DNA of 64,000 nucleotides from a virus. This document shows, in pieces, positions 53,072 through 61,863 of this stretch; positions within the stretch are counted from its first letter, which is position 1; each line of letters starts with the position of its first letter. Location of the stretch: the UHGV virus genome UHGV-0370399, one strand, 5' to 3'. The position numbers and the translations under genes are program-made. Below the pieces are notes generated by a model, which was not told where the DNA came from, did no database searches, and worked only from the letters and a program-made list of their open reading frames with translations.

Positions 53072-53100
53072 TTGACAATAGAGTATCAACAAATTAGAAT
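53072..53100 (+). promoter_or_regulatory. Candidate sigma70-like promoter (TTGACA, 17 bp, TAGAAT) upstream of the SSB-like gene
   Basis: TTTGACAATAGAGTATCAACAAATTAGAAT read directly. Confidence 0.5.
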
Positions 53101-53136
53101 TGGTACTCTTCATAAATTGAGATAGAGGTTTAAATA

Positions 53137-53994
53137 ATGTCTAAAGTTGTTAAAATGAAAGCTCCGGTAGAGAAGTACAACGGTACTGAACGTCAAACTC
53201 TGCGTTACCTGCTGAAAGATGTCTGGTTTTATTACCTGAACACTTCACCACGTCCGGGTAAAGGTAAATCTATTGACAAGAAATTCCCAGGAAAAGATTG
53301 TAACTACAGCGTATCAATTCTGGCAGAAGACGGTAACAAACTCTTTAAAGAGTTTACTAAGTCTAAGAAGAACCCAGAAGGTTGGGATAAAGTTACTACT
53401 GAAGCAGTTGATGCAGATGACTTCGAAGAGAAGTTTGGTTGCAAACCACCTTTTGAAGCAGACACTTACTACATCTTGAAAGTAAGTCGTGCAGCAGCTT
53501 ATAAAGATGGTGCTGTATGGACAGCTAAACAGTCATTCCCTGTTATGCTTATTGAAGAAGTAAATGGTAAGCGTGTAGCTGTTAAACAGCCGATGAAGAA
53601 AATTAAAGCTCAAGCATCTGATAAACACGAAGATGACAAGAACTATGATGTAATTCATCCAGATATTGCAGTTGGTAACGGTTCTTTTGGTAGTGTGATT
53701 CTTTCTACTCACTTCTACACTTTTGAGAACAATGTTCTGACAAAACCTATTCAGGAACAGTTTATCATTGATACTCTTGTACCTTACACTGGTGGTAACG
53801 GTGCTAATGGTGAACCTGAACTGGATGAAGATGAACTGGCTATGCTTGGTCTTGATGGTGTTGAAGATAACGGTGAAATCACTGAAGAAGACGCAACAGA
53901 CCATAAATCTTCGAATGATTCTGATGATGGTGATGATGAAGACTTGCCAGACCCAGATGACGAAGAAGATGAAGACTTCGATACAGAAGACTAA
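53137..53994 (+). CDS. putative single-stranded DNA-binding protein (acidic C-terminal tail)
   Basis: 285 aa; C-terminal 50 aa very acidic ending ...EDEDFDTED, like T7 gp2.5/T4 gp32-type SSB tails. Confidence 0.45.
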   Translation: MSKVVKMKAPVEKYNGTERQTLRYLLKDVWFYYLNTSPRPGKGKSIDKKFPGKDCNYSVSILAEDGNKLFKEFTKSKKNPEGWDKVTTEAVDADDFEEKFGCKPPFEADTYYILKVSRAAAYKDGAVWTAKQSFPVMLIEEVNGKRVAVKQPMKKIKAQASDKHEDDKNYDVIHPDIAVGNGSFGSVILSTHFYTFENNVLTKPIQEQFIIDTLVPYTGGNGANGEPELDEDELAMLGLDGVEDNGEITEEDATDHKSSNDSDDGDDEDLPDPDDEEDEDFDTED

Positions 53995-54012
53995 TCTCTA
54001 AAAGTTACTTTA

Positions 54013-54040
54013 AAGCCCTGTACTTAGTATGGGGCTTTTT
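54013..54040 (+). terminator. Rho-independent terminator (AGCCC...GGGGCT then TTTTT)
   Basis: Hairpin plus T-run after the SSB-like gene. Confidence 0.5.
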
Positions 54041-54056
54041 CATATGGAGAGCCATA

Positions 54057-55103
54057 ATGGAGAAGTACACATTAACAAAACTTCCCGATTCAGTTACACA
54101 TGTTTTTATTGACTCTGACAGTATTGCCTATAAAGGCGCTTGTGTAGTTGAGAAAGCAAAATATAAATATGTCAATAAACTCACAGCAGAAGAATCTGAA
54201 TCATTTGATAATGCAAAAGATGCTGCAAGATGGTTAGCAGACCAGAGAATCCTTGTGGAAGAGCTTGGCCTGACATTTGATGAAGATGAATGGGAAAGAC
54301 AGACTTGGAAAGAAGCTAAGAGTGAAAAAGAAGCTATCATGGCTACTCAACAGGTGCTTCAGGAATGGCTTAAGATTGTTGGTAAAGAGAGAACTTGGGT
54401 AGGTTATTTAACAGAGAAAGGTGTGCATAAACATAAAGACATTAAAGGTCTTGAGCACCAATATCAAGGTAACCGCAAAGATGCTGTCACACCAACACAC
54501 TTAGTTGCTTGTCGTGAGTATCTTCTGTCAAGACCAGAGTTTAAATTGATTCTTGATGGATTTGAAGCTGACTCTATCGTTATCGCTAAAGCTGAAAAGA
54601 TGGGAAAAAAGGCTGCCTTAATGAGTATTGATAAAGACCTTCGCCAAGCTGAAGGTACTTACTGCATTGATATGACCTATGAAAAATCACCTTTAATTTT
54701 CATTGCTGATAACAACGTTGGTGAAATTTGGGATTGTCCAATAAAATCGACACCAAAAGCTAAGAAGACAGTTGGTGTAGGTTTTAAATTTCTTTGTTAT
54801 CAAGCTGTGGCTGGTGATAATGCGGATAATTACTTTGGTTTAAAGGGTGTTGGCAAAGCTGCTGTGATGAAGGCTCTTGAAGGGAAAACAACTTACAAAG
54901 AGTGTCTTGATGCAATTTACGAGCTATATGCTAAGAAAGACTCCTACACTTATGTATCATGGGATGGTCAAACAATTACCAGAACACCTTTAGAATTAAT
55001 GCAGCAACACTTTTTCTTAGCTTATCAGGAAAGAAATAAAAAAGACGATTTTACTTTTGATAAGTATGGGTGGACACCAAATGTTAACTCAACAAACTCT
55101 TAA
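54057..55103 (+). CDS. 5'-3' exonuclease / flap endonuclease (FEN / RNase H-like)
   Basis: Helix-3-turn-helix motif FGLKGVGKAAVMKAL and acidic clusters (FIDSDS, SIDKD); 348 aa. Confidence 0.6.
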   Translation: MEKYTLTKLPDSVTHVFIDSDSIAYKGACVVEKAKYKYVNKLTAEESESFDNAKDAARWLADQRILVEELGLTFDEDEWERQTWKEAKSEKEAIMATQQVLQEWLKIVGKERTWVGYLTEKGVHKHKDIKGLEHQYQGNRKDAVTPTHLVACREYLLSRPEFKLILDGFEADSIVIAKAEKMGKKAALMSIDKDLRQAEGTYCIDMTYEKSPLIFIADNNVGEIWDCPIKSTPKAKKTVGVGFKFLCYQAVAGDNADNYFGLKGVGKAAVMKALEGKTTYKECLDAIYELYAKKDSYTYVSWDGQTITRTPLELMQQHFFLAYQERNKKDDFTFDKYGWTPNVNSTNS

Positions 55104-55581
55104 AGAATACCTGCACTATGACCCCGAAACAGGGGTCTTTACTTGGTTAGTTGGTAGAAGAGGTAAGGCCAAAGCTGGCTCAGTAGCAGGTCTTAAACAC
55201 CATAGTGGTTATATCTATATAAAACTCTTCGGAAAAAGATATGCAGCACACAGACTGGCAGTCTTGTATATGAAAGGCTACCTCCCAAAATTTGTTGACC
55301 ACAAGAATGGTATCAGGCACGACAACTGGTTCGACAATTTGAGAGAGTGTAGCAGGTCAGACAACAACTGCAATGCAGTCAAAAGAAAAGATAATAAGTC
55401 TGGTGTGAAGGGTGTATATTACCACAAGCAAAGAGGTAGATGGGCTGCACAAGTCAAGCATAATAAAGTATGCTACCATCTAGGTTTATTTGACTCTATC
55501 ACTGAGGCTGAATCAGTTGTCAAAAAGAAAAGAGAAGAACTACATAAAGAGTTTTCAAATCACGGAGAAGCTTATGAATGA
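55081..55581 (+). CDS. HNH homing endonuclease with AP2-like domain
   Basis: Motifs LHYDPETGVFTW, RLAVLYMKGYLP, VDHKNGIRHDNWFDNLREC, GVYYHKQRGRWAAQV; start taken at Met 55081. Confidence 0.7.
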   Translation: MLTQQTLKEYLHYDPETGVFTWLVGRRGKAKAGSVAGLKHHSGYIYIKLFGKRYAAHRLAVLYMKGYLPKFVDHKNGIRHDNWFDNLRECSRSDNNCNAVKRKDNKSGVKGVYYHKQRGRWAAQVKHNKVCYHLGLFDSITEAESVVKKKREELHKEFSNHGEAYE

Positions 55582-56075
55582 AGATTAAAGGATTTGGCAA
55601 TTGCCCTACCTATGGTCATTGGGTGTCTTTATGTGGGGAAGTTGACCCCACTAAACATTTTGGCTTTGTCTATTTAGTGCACTGTAAGAAGACTGGACAA
55701 TATTATATCGGAAAGAAACAGCTTAACAGTGTGACCAAAAGAAAAGTTGCTGGGAAGACTCGGAAGAAGGTAGTCACTAAGGAAAGTGATTGGATGACTT
55801 ACGAAACCTCTTCTGAGTATATTAAAAAAGATATTGAGAGCTTTGGAAAAGAATTTTTTGACTTTTACATTATCCAAACCTACTACACAAAAGGTGGCCT
55901 AGTCTATGGTGAAGCAAACCTTCAACATAAATTCGATGTAATGACAAAAAGGATTGACTCTAAGCTCAGACTCTTCTACAATGCCAATATTGCAGCAATT
56001 AAGTTTATTACTAAAGAAACTTATGAAGATGCTGAAAAAAGAATCCATAAGGTAATGAAAGCAAATTGTGCTTGA
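55578..56075 (+). CDS. GIY-YIG-like nuclease (possible second homing endonuclease)
   Basis: N-terminal FGFVYLVHCKKTGQYYIGKK fits the GIY-(10-11)-YIG spacing pattern. Confidence 0.4.
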   Translation: MKIKGFGNCPTYGHWVSLCGEVDPTKHFGFVYLVHCKKTGQYYIGKKQLNSVTKRKVAGKTRKKVVTKESDWMTYETSSEYIKKDIESFGKEFFDFYIIQTYYTKGGLVYGEANLQHKFDVMTKRIDSKLRLFYNANIAAIKFITKETYEDAEKRIHKVMKANCA

Positions 56076-56081
56076 TAACTA

Positions 56082-56327
56082 TTGAGAGAGAATAAAATGT
56101 TTAACAAAAGCAAAGCTGTGAGTCATGTAGCAAAAGTTGACAGTAAGATTGAAGAACTTGAGCGCATTCTTGCAAATGCTAGAGAGTCAATAATTAAAGA
56201 AGTTGAAGCTGTTGAATCACAAATGCAGCATCTAATACTTAAACGCCAAGAGCTACGTGAGCATCTGGAATATATTGAAACACGAGAGCTAAAGGTTAAC
56301 AGATTTTTAAGGAGTCCAAATGTTTAA
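56082..56327 (+). CDS. hypothetical coiled-coil protein
   Basis: 81-aa ORF. Confidence 0.45.
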   Translation: MRENKMFNKSKAVSHVAKVDSKIEELERILANARESIIKEVEAVESQMQHLILKRQELREHLEYIETRELKVNRFLRSPNV

Positions 56328-57075
56328 CTCAAGAGAAGCAGTAAAAAACTGGAATCTTCGTTGTGGAAACACTCAAAAGCAACCTTACAGTGATGAGTAT
56401 TGGGAATCTTTAAAATCCCAGTCTCTGTGTATGCTGGAAGAAGCAAAAGAGCTTGTAAAAGCAATTGAAGAGAAAGACCCCATTGAGACACTGGATGCTC
56501 AGGCAGATTTGCAATATGTTCTTGACGGTTTGATTTACCTGTCACAACATGACCATAACGGTGCTATGAAAGCTGTTTGCCGTAATAATGACCTGAAGTA
56601 CACAGATGACTATGAAGAAGCTTTAAAACGTCTTGCAGATATTGAGAAGCGTACTGGTCAAGAGTGTATTATCAGAATGTCAGTAGTTGATGGTAAAGAG
56701 TGGTATGCCATTGTTCGTGCAGCAGATGGGAAGATTATGAAGCAATCGAATCTCCCTAAAGTACAGCTTGGTGAATACATTGTAGAACTTGAAAGCCAAG
56801 AACTTTTTGTGGTAGTATCTGAGACATGCGTTATCTGCAAAGGTATTGTAGATAGTTTAAAGGATTTAGGTGTAGATGGTTTTGTAGAAGTTAATCCAAT
56901 TACCTCTAAAGCAGATAAAGACTTCTGTAAAGAGAATGGACTATGGATTGCAGACATTATCTACTATGATGGTGAGCAGTTCCATGTAACCTCATACCCG
57001 AAACTGAATTATGATGCTAATAACCTGAAGTGCTGGTTAAAAGGGGTTGGTTATAATGGATTCACAGAACATTAA
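56320..57075 (+). CDS. hypothetical protein with MazG-like nucleotide pyrophosphohydrolase N-terminal region
   Basis: Pattern EEAKELVKAIEEKDPIETLDAQADLQYVLDGL resembles all-alpha NTP pyrophosphatase (MazG/HisE) helices. Confidence 0.35.
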   Translation: MFNSREAVKNWNLRCGNTQKQPYSDEYWESLKSQSLCMLEEAKELVKAIEEKDPIETLDAQADLQYVLDGLIYLSQHDHNGAMKAVCRNNDLKYTDDYEEALKRLADIEKRTGQECIIRMSVVDGKEWYAIVRAADGKIMKQSNLPKVQLGEYIVELESQELFVVVSETCVICKGIVDSLKDLGVDGFVEVNPITSKADKDFCKENGLWIADIIYYDGEQFHVTSYPKLNYDANNLKCWLKGVGYNGFTEH

Positions 57076-57379
57076 TAAAGAGGGTGTGGCTCAGAAGAGC
57101 CACTTCTCAAACTACAATATTTCTATGACGGTGTTTATGAATGACCCGTTACTAGAAAAATATGGTGAGACTCCAGATACACTTCTGGACAATGAACAAG
57201 TTTTAAAAGCAGTCCTGTACAAATACGGGATTGATATTGAGAAAGAATATTCCTTTGAAATCTGCCAACACAGGAATACTTTCGGTAAAGTTGTGATGGC
57301 TCCACTCTTTATGGGTGTAGAAAGGACTGACTATGGTTGGTTGTATCTAAAAAGAAACTTGGAGAAATACCGTGTCTAA
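57047..57379 (+). CDS. hypothetical protein
   Basis: 110-aa ORF. Confidence 0.4.
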   Translation: MVIMDSQNINKEGVAQKSHFSNYNISMTVFMNDPLLEKYGETPDTLLDNEQVLKAVLYKYGIDIEKEYSFEICQHRNTFGKVVMAPLFMGVERTDYGWLYLKRNLEKYRV

Positions 57380-57710
57380 AGCAAAAAAGCTATCTTATGA
57401 TGATATTGTCTCAGGTGCTAAGTTAGGCGTTGACAGCCTCGGACAAGATGTTAAGCACGGGGACACAGTTATGTACTGTGATGACCGAAGAGGTAGAAGT
57501 GCAATCTTGTTTGGAAGAATTGTTTGCAAGATGCGAGGCAATTACGTTGTTGCAGACATGGATGTGAACGTTACACAAAAACTTGAAACACTTATGGATG
57601 ATAATACATCATCATGGTTCTCCCTGAATTGTATGCACACTTCTTCAGTCACAAAAGTAAGTGATAAGTTTTACGATATGTGGCAGAATGAGCAAATTTT
57701 CAAGATTTAA
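57372..57710 (+). CDS. hypothetical protein
   Basis: 112-aa ORF followed by terminator. Confidence 0.45.
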   Translation: MSKAKKLSYDDIVSGAKLGVDSLGQDVKHGDTVMYCDDRRGRSAILFGRIVCKMRGNYVVADMDVNVTQKLETLMDDNTSSWFSLNCMHTSSVTKVSDKFYDMWQNEQIFKI

Positions 57711-57714
57711 ACTA

Positions 57715-57738
57715 GGGAGCCTCTTCGGAGGCTCTTTT
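57715..57738 (+). terminator. Rho-independent terminator (GGGAGCCTC-TTCG-GAGGCTC then TTTT)
   Basis: Perfect hairpin with TTCG tetraloop and T-run. Confidence 0.75.
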
Positions 57739-57756
57739 CATCTGTAGGATTCAAAA

Positions 57757-59991
57757 ATGATTAAGACAATTAAAAAATCAAACGGTACAGTAGTAAGCTT
57801 TGACCCAGAAAGACTGAATAAGTGGGCATCATGGGCAGATAAACGTGGAATTATCTGGTCAGAAGTCACTATGGAAGCTATGAAACGTGTCTATGAGGGT
57901 TGCACTACAAAAGAGATGCACCAAGCCATGATTGATGTTTGTGTTGATAAACAAACTCAAGAGTACTCAGATATGGCTGGACGGCTACTTCTAGGAATTA
58001 TCTACAAAGAAGCCTTTGGAGGCTTTACTAAGGTTCCTACGCTGGTTACCTTCGTTAAAAATATGGAGAGAGCAGGACTTTGGGAGAAGATGGACTATTC
58101 CCAGGAAGAGCTTGAATACCTGCAAGGGTACATTGTGCACTCAAAAGATATCTCTTATGGTTATGCAGTCCTGAAACAGTTCAGAGACAAGTATGGTATC
58201 CGTGATATTAAAACGGGAAGACTTTTTGAGTCACCACAGTTTATGTTTATGGGTATGGCTATGAAAGCCTTTGAGAAGCAACCAAAGCACCGTAGACTGC
58301 AAGATGTTATCAAGCTGTACACTTACCTATCTGACCTGAAGATTAACGCTCCTACGCCTTATTTAAACGGTTTGAGGGCAACTAAATCAGGTTATGCGTC
58401 ATGCTGCTTGATTAAGGCAAACGATACTGCTGAATCACTTGGTATTGCTGCAAAGGTTGCTTATGATATGACTACAAAGCAAGCTGGTATCGGTATGCTG
58501 ATGGAGACTCGCACTATTGGTGATGGTATCCGTCAAAACACTATCGAACACATGGGTAAACTGCCTTATTACAAGCTTGTACGTTCATCTGTAGAGGCAA
58601 ACAAACAGAAGAGTCGTGGTGGTTCAGCTAATAACTTCTACACTGCTCTAGACCCGCAGATTGAAGATTTACTGCGTTTGAAGCACCCTACAACGGTTCC
58701 TTCTAAACGTATTAATGAGATGGACTACTCATTCGGCACAAACGATTATTTCTGGCAGTGTGTTCAGTATGATACAGATTGGTTGCTATTCTCTTACAAA
58801 GATGCACCAAAACTCTATGACATGTTCTACACAGCATCTGCTGATGAGTTTGCTATGGCAGTTGGTCACGCAGTACATTCAGGAGTTAAGCACAGACGAG
58901 TCAAGGCTCGTGAAATTGCTAAGCTGTTTATTCAACAGCGTTATGCTACAGGTCGTGTGTATCCATTCTTCACTAACAACGCAAACACACATACACCATT
59001 TAAAGAACCATTGAAGATGTCAAATCTTTGTATGGAAATTGTATTGCCAGTGTATGGTTTTGAGAAAGAGACAGACCTTTACAGAGACGATGCTGTGAAA
59101 GAGGATGGTGAGGTGGCTCTTTGCTTCCTAGCTAGTTTGGTTGCAGGGAGAATTTCAGAAGATGAATACGCTGACGTTGCTTATTATGCTCTTGCAATGG
59201 TTGACTCCGTTATTGACCTTATGGATTATCCGTATCCGTCGATGCGTAACCATGTTCAGAAGCGTCGTTCTGTTGGGATTGGCCTTACAAATGTGGCTCA
59301 TTACCTTGCGAAGAACTACGTGAACTACTCTTCACGAGCAGGTAAAACGAAACTCCATGAACTGGCAGAGATGCACTCTTACTACTTACACGAAGCTTCT
59401 TTAAGACTTGCTAAAGAACGTGGTGTACCTGAGTATATGCAGTTCACTAAGTACCCTGAAGGTTGGGTTCCTCCAAAGACAGCCAACAAGAAGATTGATG
59501 AGAAGCATGATGCAAAACTAAGATATGATTGGGATGACTTAGCACAACGTATCAAAGAAAATGGTGGAATCCGAAACTCTGTATTAGAAGCTTACATGCC
59601 TAATGAGAGTTCTTCACTAGCAACTAATACGACAAACGGCTTGTACCCAATTCGTGACTTTATTTTAACTAAAAAGTCTGCAACTGGTAACGTGCTGTTT
59701 ATTGTTCCAGATTATGAAGAGTTGAAGTATGTATATGAAATTGCTTGGGGTATTGACACCTTTGACCTGATTGATTGTTATGCAATTGTTCAAAAGTTCA
59801 CTGGTCAAGCTATCTCTTCAGATTTCTATGTTGACTACGCAAAAGCTAAGAAGGTATCATTGGCTCAAGCTTTGAAGTACATGATTTATGCCAACTCGGT
59901 AGGTATGAAAACCATGTACTACCTTAACAGTCGCATTGGTGTAGGTAAATCTGCACTGCAAGATGCTTATTGCGAGGGTTGTGGTGTTTAG
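57757..59991 (+). CDS. nrdA: ribonucleoside-diphosphate reductase alpha subunit (class I)
   Basis: N-terminal ATP-cone, active-site region SNLCMEI, C-terminal Cys pair (CEGCG); 744 aa. Confidence 0.9.
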   Translation: MIKTIKKSNGTVVSFDPERLNKWASWADKRGIIWSEVTMEAMKRVYEGCTTKEMHQAMIDVCVDKQTQEYSDMAGRLLLGIIYKEAFGGFTKVPTLVTFVKNMERAGLWEKMDYSQEELEYLQGYIVHSKDISYGYAVLKQFRDKYGIRDIKTGRLFESPQFMFMGMAMKAFEKQPKHRRLQDVIKLYTYLSDLKINAPTPYLNGLRATKSGYASCCLIKANDTAESLGIAAKVAYDMTTKQAGIGMLMETRTIGDGIRQNTIEHMGKLPYYKLVRSSVEANKQKSRGGSANNFYTALDPQIEDLLRLKHPTTVPSKRINEMDYSFGTNDYFWQCVQYDTDWLLFSYKDAPKLYDMFYTASADEFAMAVGHAVHSGVKHRRVKAREIAKLFIQQRYATGRVYPFFTNNANTHTPFKEPLKMSNLCMEIVLPVYGFEKETDLYRDDAVKEDGEVALCFLASLVAGRISEDEYADVAYYALAMVDSVIDLMDYPYPSMRNHVQKRRSVGIGLTNVAHYLAKNYVNYSSRAGKTKLHELAEMHSYYLHEASLRLAKERGVPEYMQFTKYPEGWVPPKTANKKIDEKHDAKLRYDWDDLAQRIKENGGIRNSVLEAYMPNESSSLATNTTNGLYPIRDFILTKKSATGNVLFIVPDYEELKYVYEIAWGIDTFDLIDCYAIVQKFTGQAISSDFYVDYAKAKKVSLAQALKYMIYANSVGMKTMYYLNSRIGVGKSALQDAYCEGCGV

Positions 59992-60004
59992 TTTTAACAA
60001 TTAT

Positions 60005-60024
60005 GAGGGTCGTAAAAGACCCTC
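60005..60024 (+). other. Stable hairpin (GAGGGTC-GTAAAA-GACCCTC) between nrdA and the next gene, followed by an A-run rather than a U-run
   Basis: Perfect 7-bp stem read directly. Confidence 0.5.
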
Positions 60025-60046
60025 TAAAAATAACTTTGGAGAGACC

Positions 60047-60304
60047 ATGAAAGATTTAATAGAAAAACATGAGCGACCTATATACTTGCTCCACAAGCCT
60101 CGGAAAACGATGTACTATGTGAGTAGCACAGACATGATGATAAAACAAAATGATGACTCATGGGTTGCTGGTATCTCTTACATCTCTACAGCAGATGGTA
60201 AAATCTACGCAAGACCTTATGAGATGTTTAACAAAGAAAATTGGGAAGTTTTAGACAGAAAACAAGCCTTAGAAATGATAAAGAAAGGAGAAATCACGCT
60301 ATGA
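60047..60304 (+). CDS. hypothetical protein between nrdA and nrdB
   Basis: ORF track gives 59963-60304; ATG 60047 has a GGAGAG RBS and lies after the hairpin. Confidence 0.4.
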   Translation: MKDLIEKHERPIYLLHKPRKTMYYVSSTDMMIKQNDDSWVAGISYISTADGKIYARPYEMFNKENWEVLDRKQALEMIKKGEITL

Positions 60305-61374
60305 TTAACCAGCACCCAATCTTTTTAGGTGGTGAGAGAAAAACTTTTGACTCACTTAATAAACACTACCCAAAAATCTTTGAACTTTATAAACAACAAA
60401 AAGCACAAGACTGGTCAGAAGATGAGTTTCCTTTTGAACAATCACGTCTTGATTTTGAGAGTGTTCCAGCATCAATGTCAGGTGTAATGCTTGAGATTCT
60501 TAAGTGGCAATGGGAAGCAGACACTCAAGTTGCTAAGAGCTTGGCATTTGCCTTTGCACCTTTTATCTCTGATGACATTTATGCAACTGCAATTATGAAG
60601 CAGTCTGAGATTGAAAACCTACATGCTCTTACTTACTCAGAGATTGTAAGACAATGTATTAAAAACCCTGAAACAATCTTAGATGAGATTAACCAGAATG
60701 TTGCTGTGCAAGACCGATTAAAAACTGTGAATCGTGTTCTTGAAGAATTACTGGATGAAGGGATAAACTACCGACTGAGTTATGTCCGTGATTCACTTCT
60801 GGACAAAGACCCTTTACACTTCCATAAAGTGATTTTAAAAGGTCTATTTGCAGTGACTGCACTTGAAGGTATATCTTTTATGGCATCCTTTGCATGTACT
60901 TTTGCACTTGATGCTCAAGATAAATTTCAGGGTATTGCTCAAGCTGTCCAGAAAATTATGCTTGACGAAATCCTTCACACTAAAATTGATATTGAAGTTT
61001 TAAAAGAAACTTTAAGAGATGATGAGTGGCAGAAAGCTTTTCAACAAATTCTTCCAGAGATTAAAGTAATCTTAGATGAAGTAGTTGAAAGTGAAGAGAA
61101 ATGGTCGTATTATATCTTCTCCGAAGGACGTGCTGTAGTTGGCTTAAATACAAAGCTTCTCCATGAGTGGGTTTACTATAATGCTGCCCCACTGTATGAC
61201 ATGTTTGGCATTCCCAGAGATTTTGTAGCTCCTAAAGAACCACCTTTGAAGTACATGATTAAGAAGATGGAAATTGATAAAGAGCAGAATGCTAATCAGG
61301 AGCAACAGAACGGTGCGTACCTGTTGAATACTGTTGTAGATGATTTGAATAGTGGATTTTTAGAGGTTCCTTAA
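60301..61374 (+). CDS. nrdB: ribonucleoside-diphosphate reductase beta subunit (class I)
   Basis: Ferritin-like R2 pattern (e.g. VTALEGISFMASFACTF); ATG 60301 preceded by AGGAG; follows nrdA. Confidence 0.85.
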   Translation: MINQHPIFLGGERKTFDSLNKHYPKIFELYKQQKAQDWSEDEFPFEQSRLDFESVPASMSGVMLEILKWQWEADTQVAKSLAFAFAPFISDDIYATAIMKQSEIENLHALTYSEIVRQCIKNPETILDEINQNVAVQDRLKTVNRVLEELLDEGINYRLSYVRDSLLDKDPLHFHKVILKGLFAVTALEGISFMASFACTFALDAQDKFQGIAQAVQKIMLDEILHTKIDIEVLKETLRDDEWQKAFQQILPEIKVILDEVVESEEKWSYYIFSEGRAVVGLNTKLLHEWVYYNAAPLYDMFGIPRDFVAPKEPPLKYMIKKMEIDKEQNANQEQQNGAYLLNTVVDDLNSGFLEVP

Positions 61375-61616
61375 TGACTTATGTAATTTACTCCAAAACT
61401 GGATGCCCTCAGTGTGAGACTGCAAAGAATTTTGCAAAAGCTCGTGGTATTGACCATGTTGTGAGAATGTTAGGGCAGGACTATGAACTATCAGACCTGA
61501 TGGATATTGCACAGATGCCAGTTCGTCAGATGCCGTTCATCATGAAAACTGATGGACAAAACCTAAAACCTGTTGGGACGCTACAGAATTTTATGGCAGA
61601 GGTGAATAATGCTTAA
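61374..61616 (+). CDS. nrdH: glutaredoxin-like protein (NrdH-type redoxin)
   Basis: CxxC active site (KTGCPQCETAK) in an 80-aa thioredoxin-fold-sized protein between nrdB and nrdD. Confidence 0.7.
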   Translation: MTYVIYSKTGCPQCETAKNFAKARGIDHVVRMLGQDYELSDLMDIAQMPVRQMPFIMKTDGQNLKPVGTLQNFMAEVNNA

Positions 61617-61815
61617 ACGCATTTGGGAAGGTTTGGTTGTCGATGCACCAGCTATTGTGATTGGTATGCTGATTGTTAACCTATTTACTGATTTTGAACA
61701 AGGTTCATTGTTTGGGGCCATGTTACTATGGGTTATCTTTGAAATATTAGAGATACAGCTAGGCATCACTGAAAAACTGAGAAAACTCGTTTCTAAGTTT
61801 TCTAAAAAGATTTAA
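61609..61815 (+). CDS. small membrane protein
   Basis: 68 aa with two hydrophobic segments. Confidence 0.4.
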   Translation: MLKRIWEGLVVDAPAIVIGMLIVNLFTDFEQGSLFGAMLLWVIFEILEIQLGITEKLRKLVSKFSKKI

Positions 61816-61822
61816 AATGAAA

Positions 61823-61846
61823 GGGTCTCTTCGGAGACCTTTTTAG
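61823..61846 (+). terminator. Rho-independent terminator (GGGTCTC-TTCG-GAGACC then TTTTT)
   Basis: Perfect hairpin plus T-run. Confidence 0.75.
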
Positions 61847-61863
61847 CATGTAAAGGGGCAATA

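Noticed and set aside
57757-61374. Possible group I intron or intein in nrdA/nrdB, as seen in some T4-like phages
   Set aside because: Both ORFs are continuous with conserved motifs in order; the intervening 85-aa ORF has its own RBS and there is no intron-like structure
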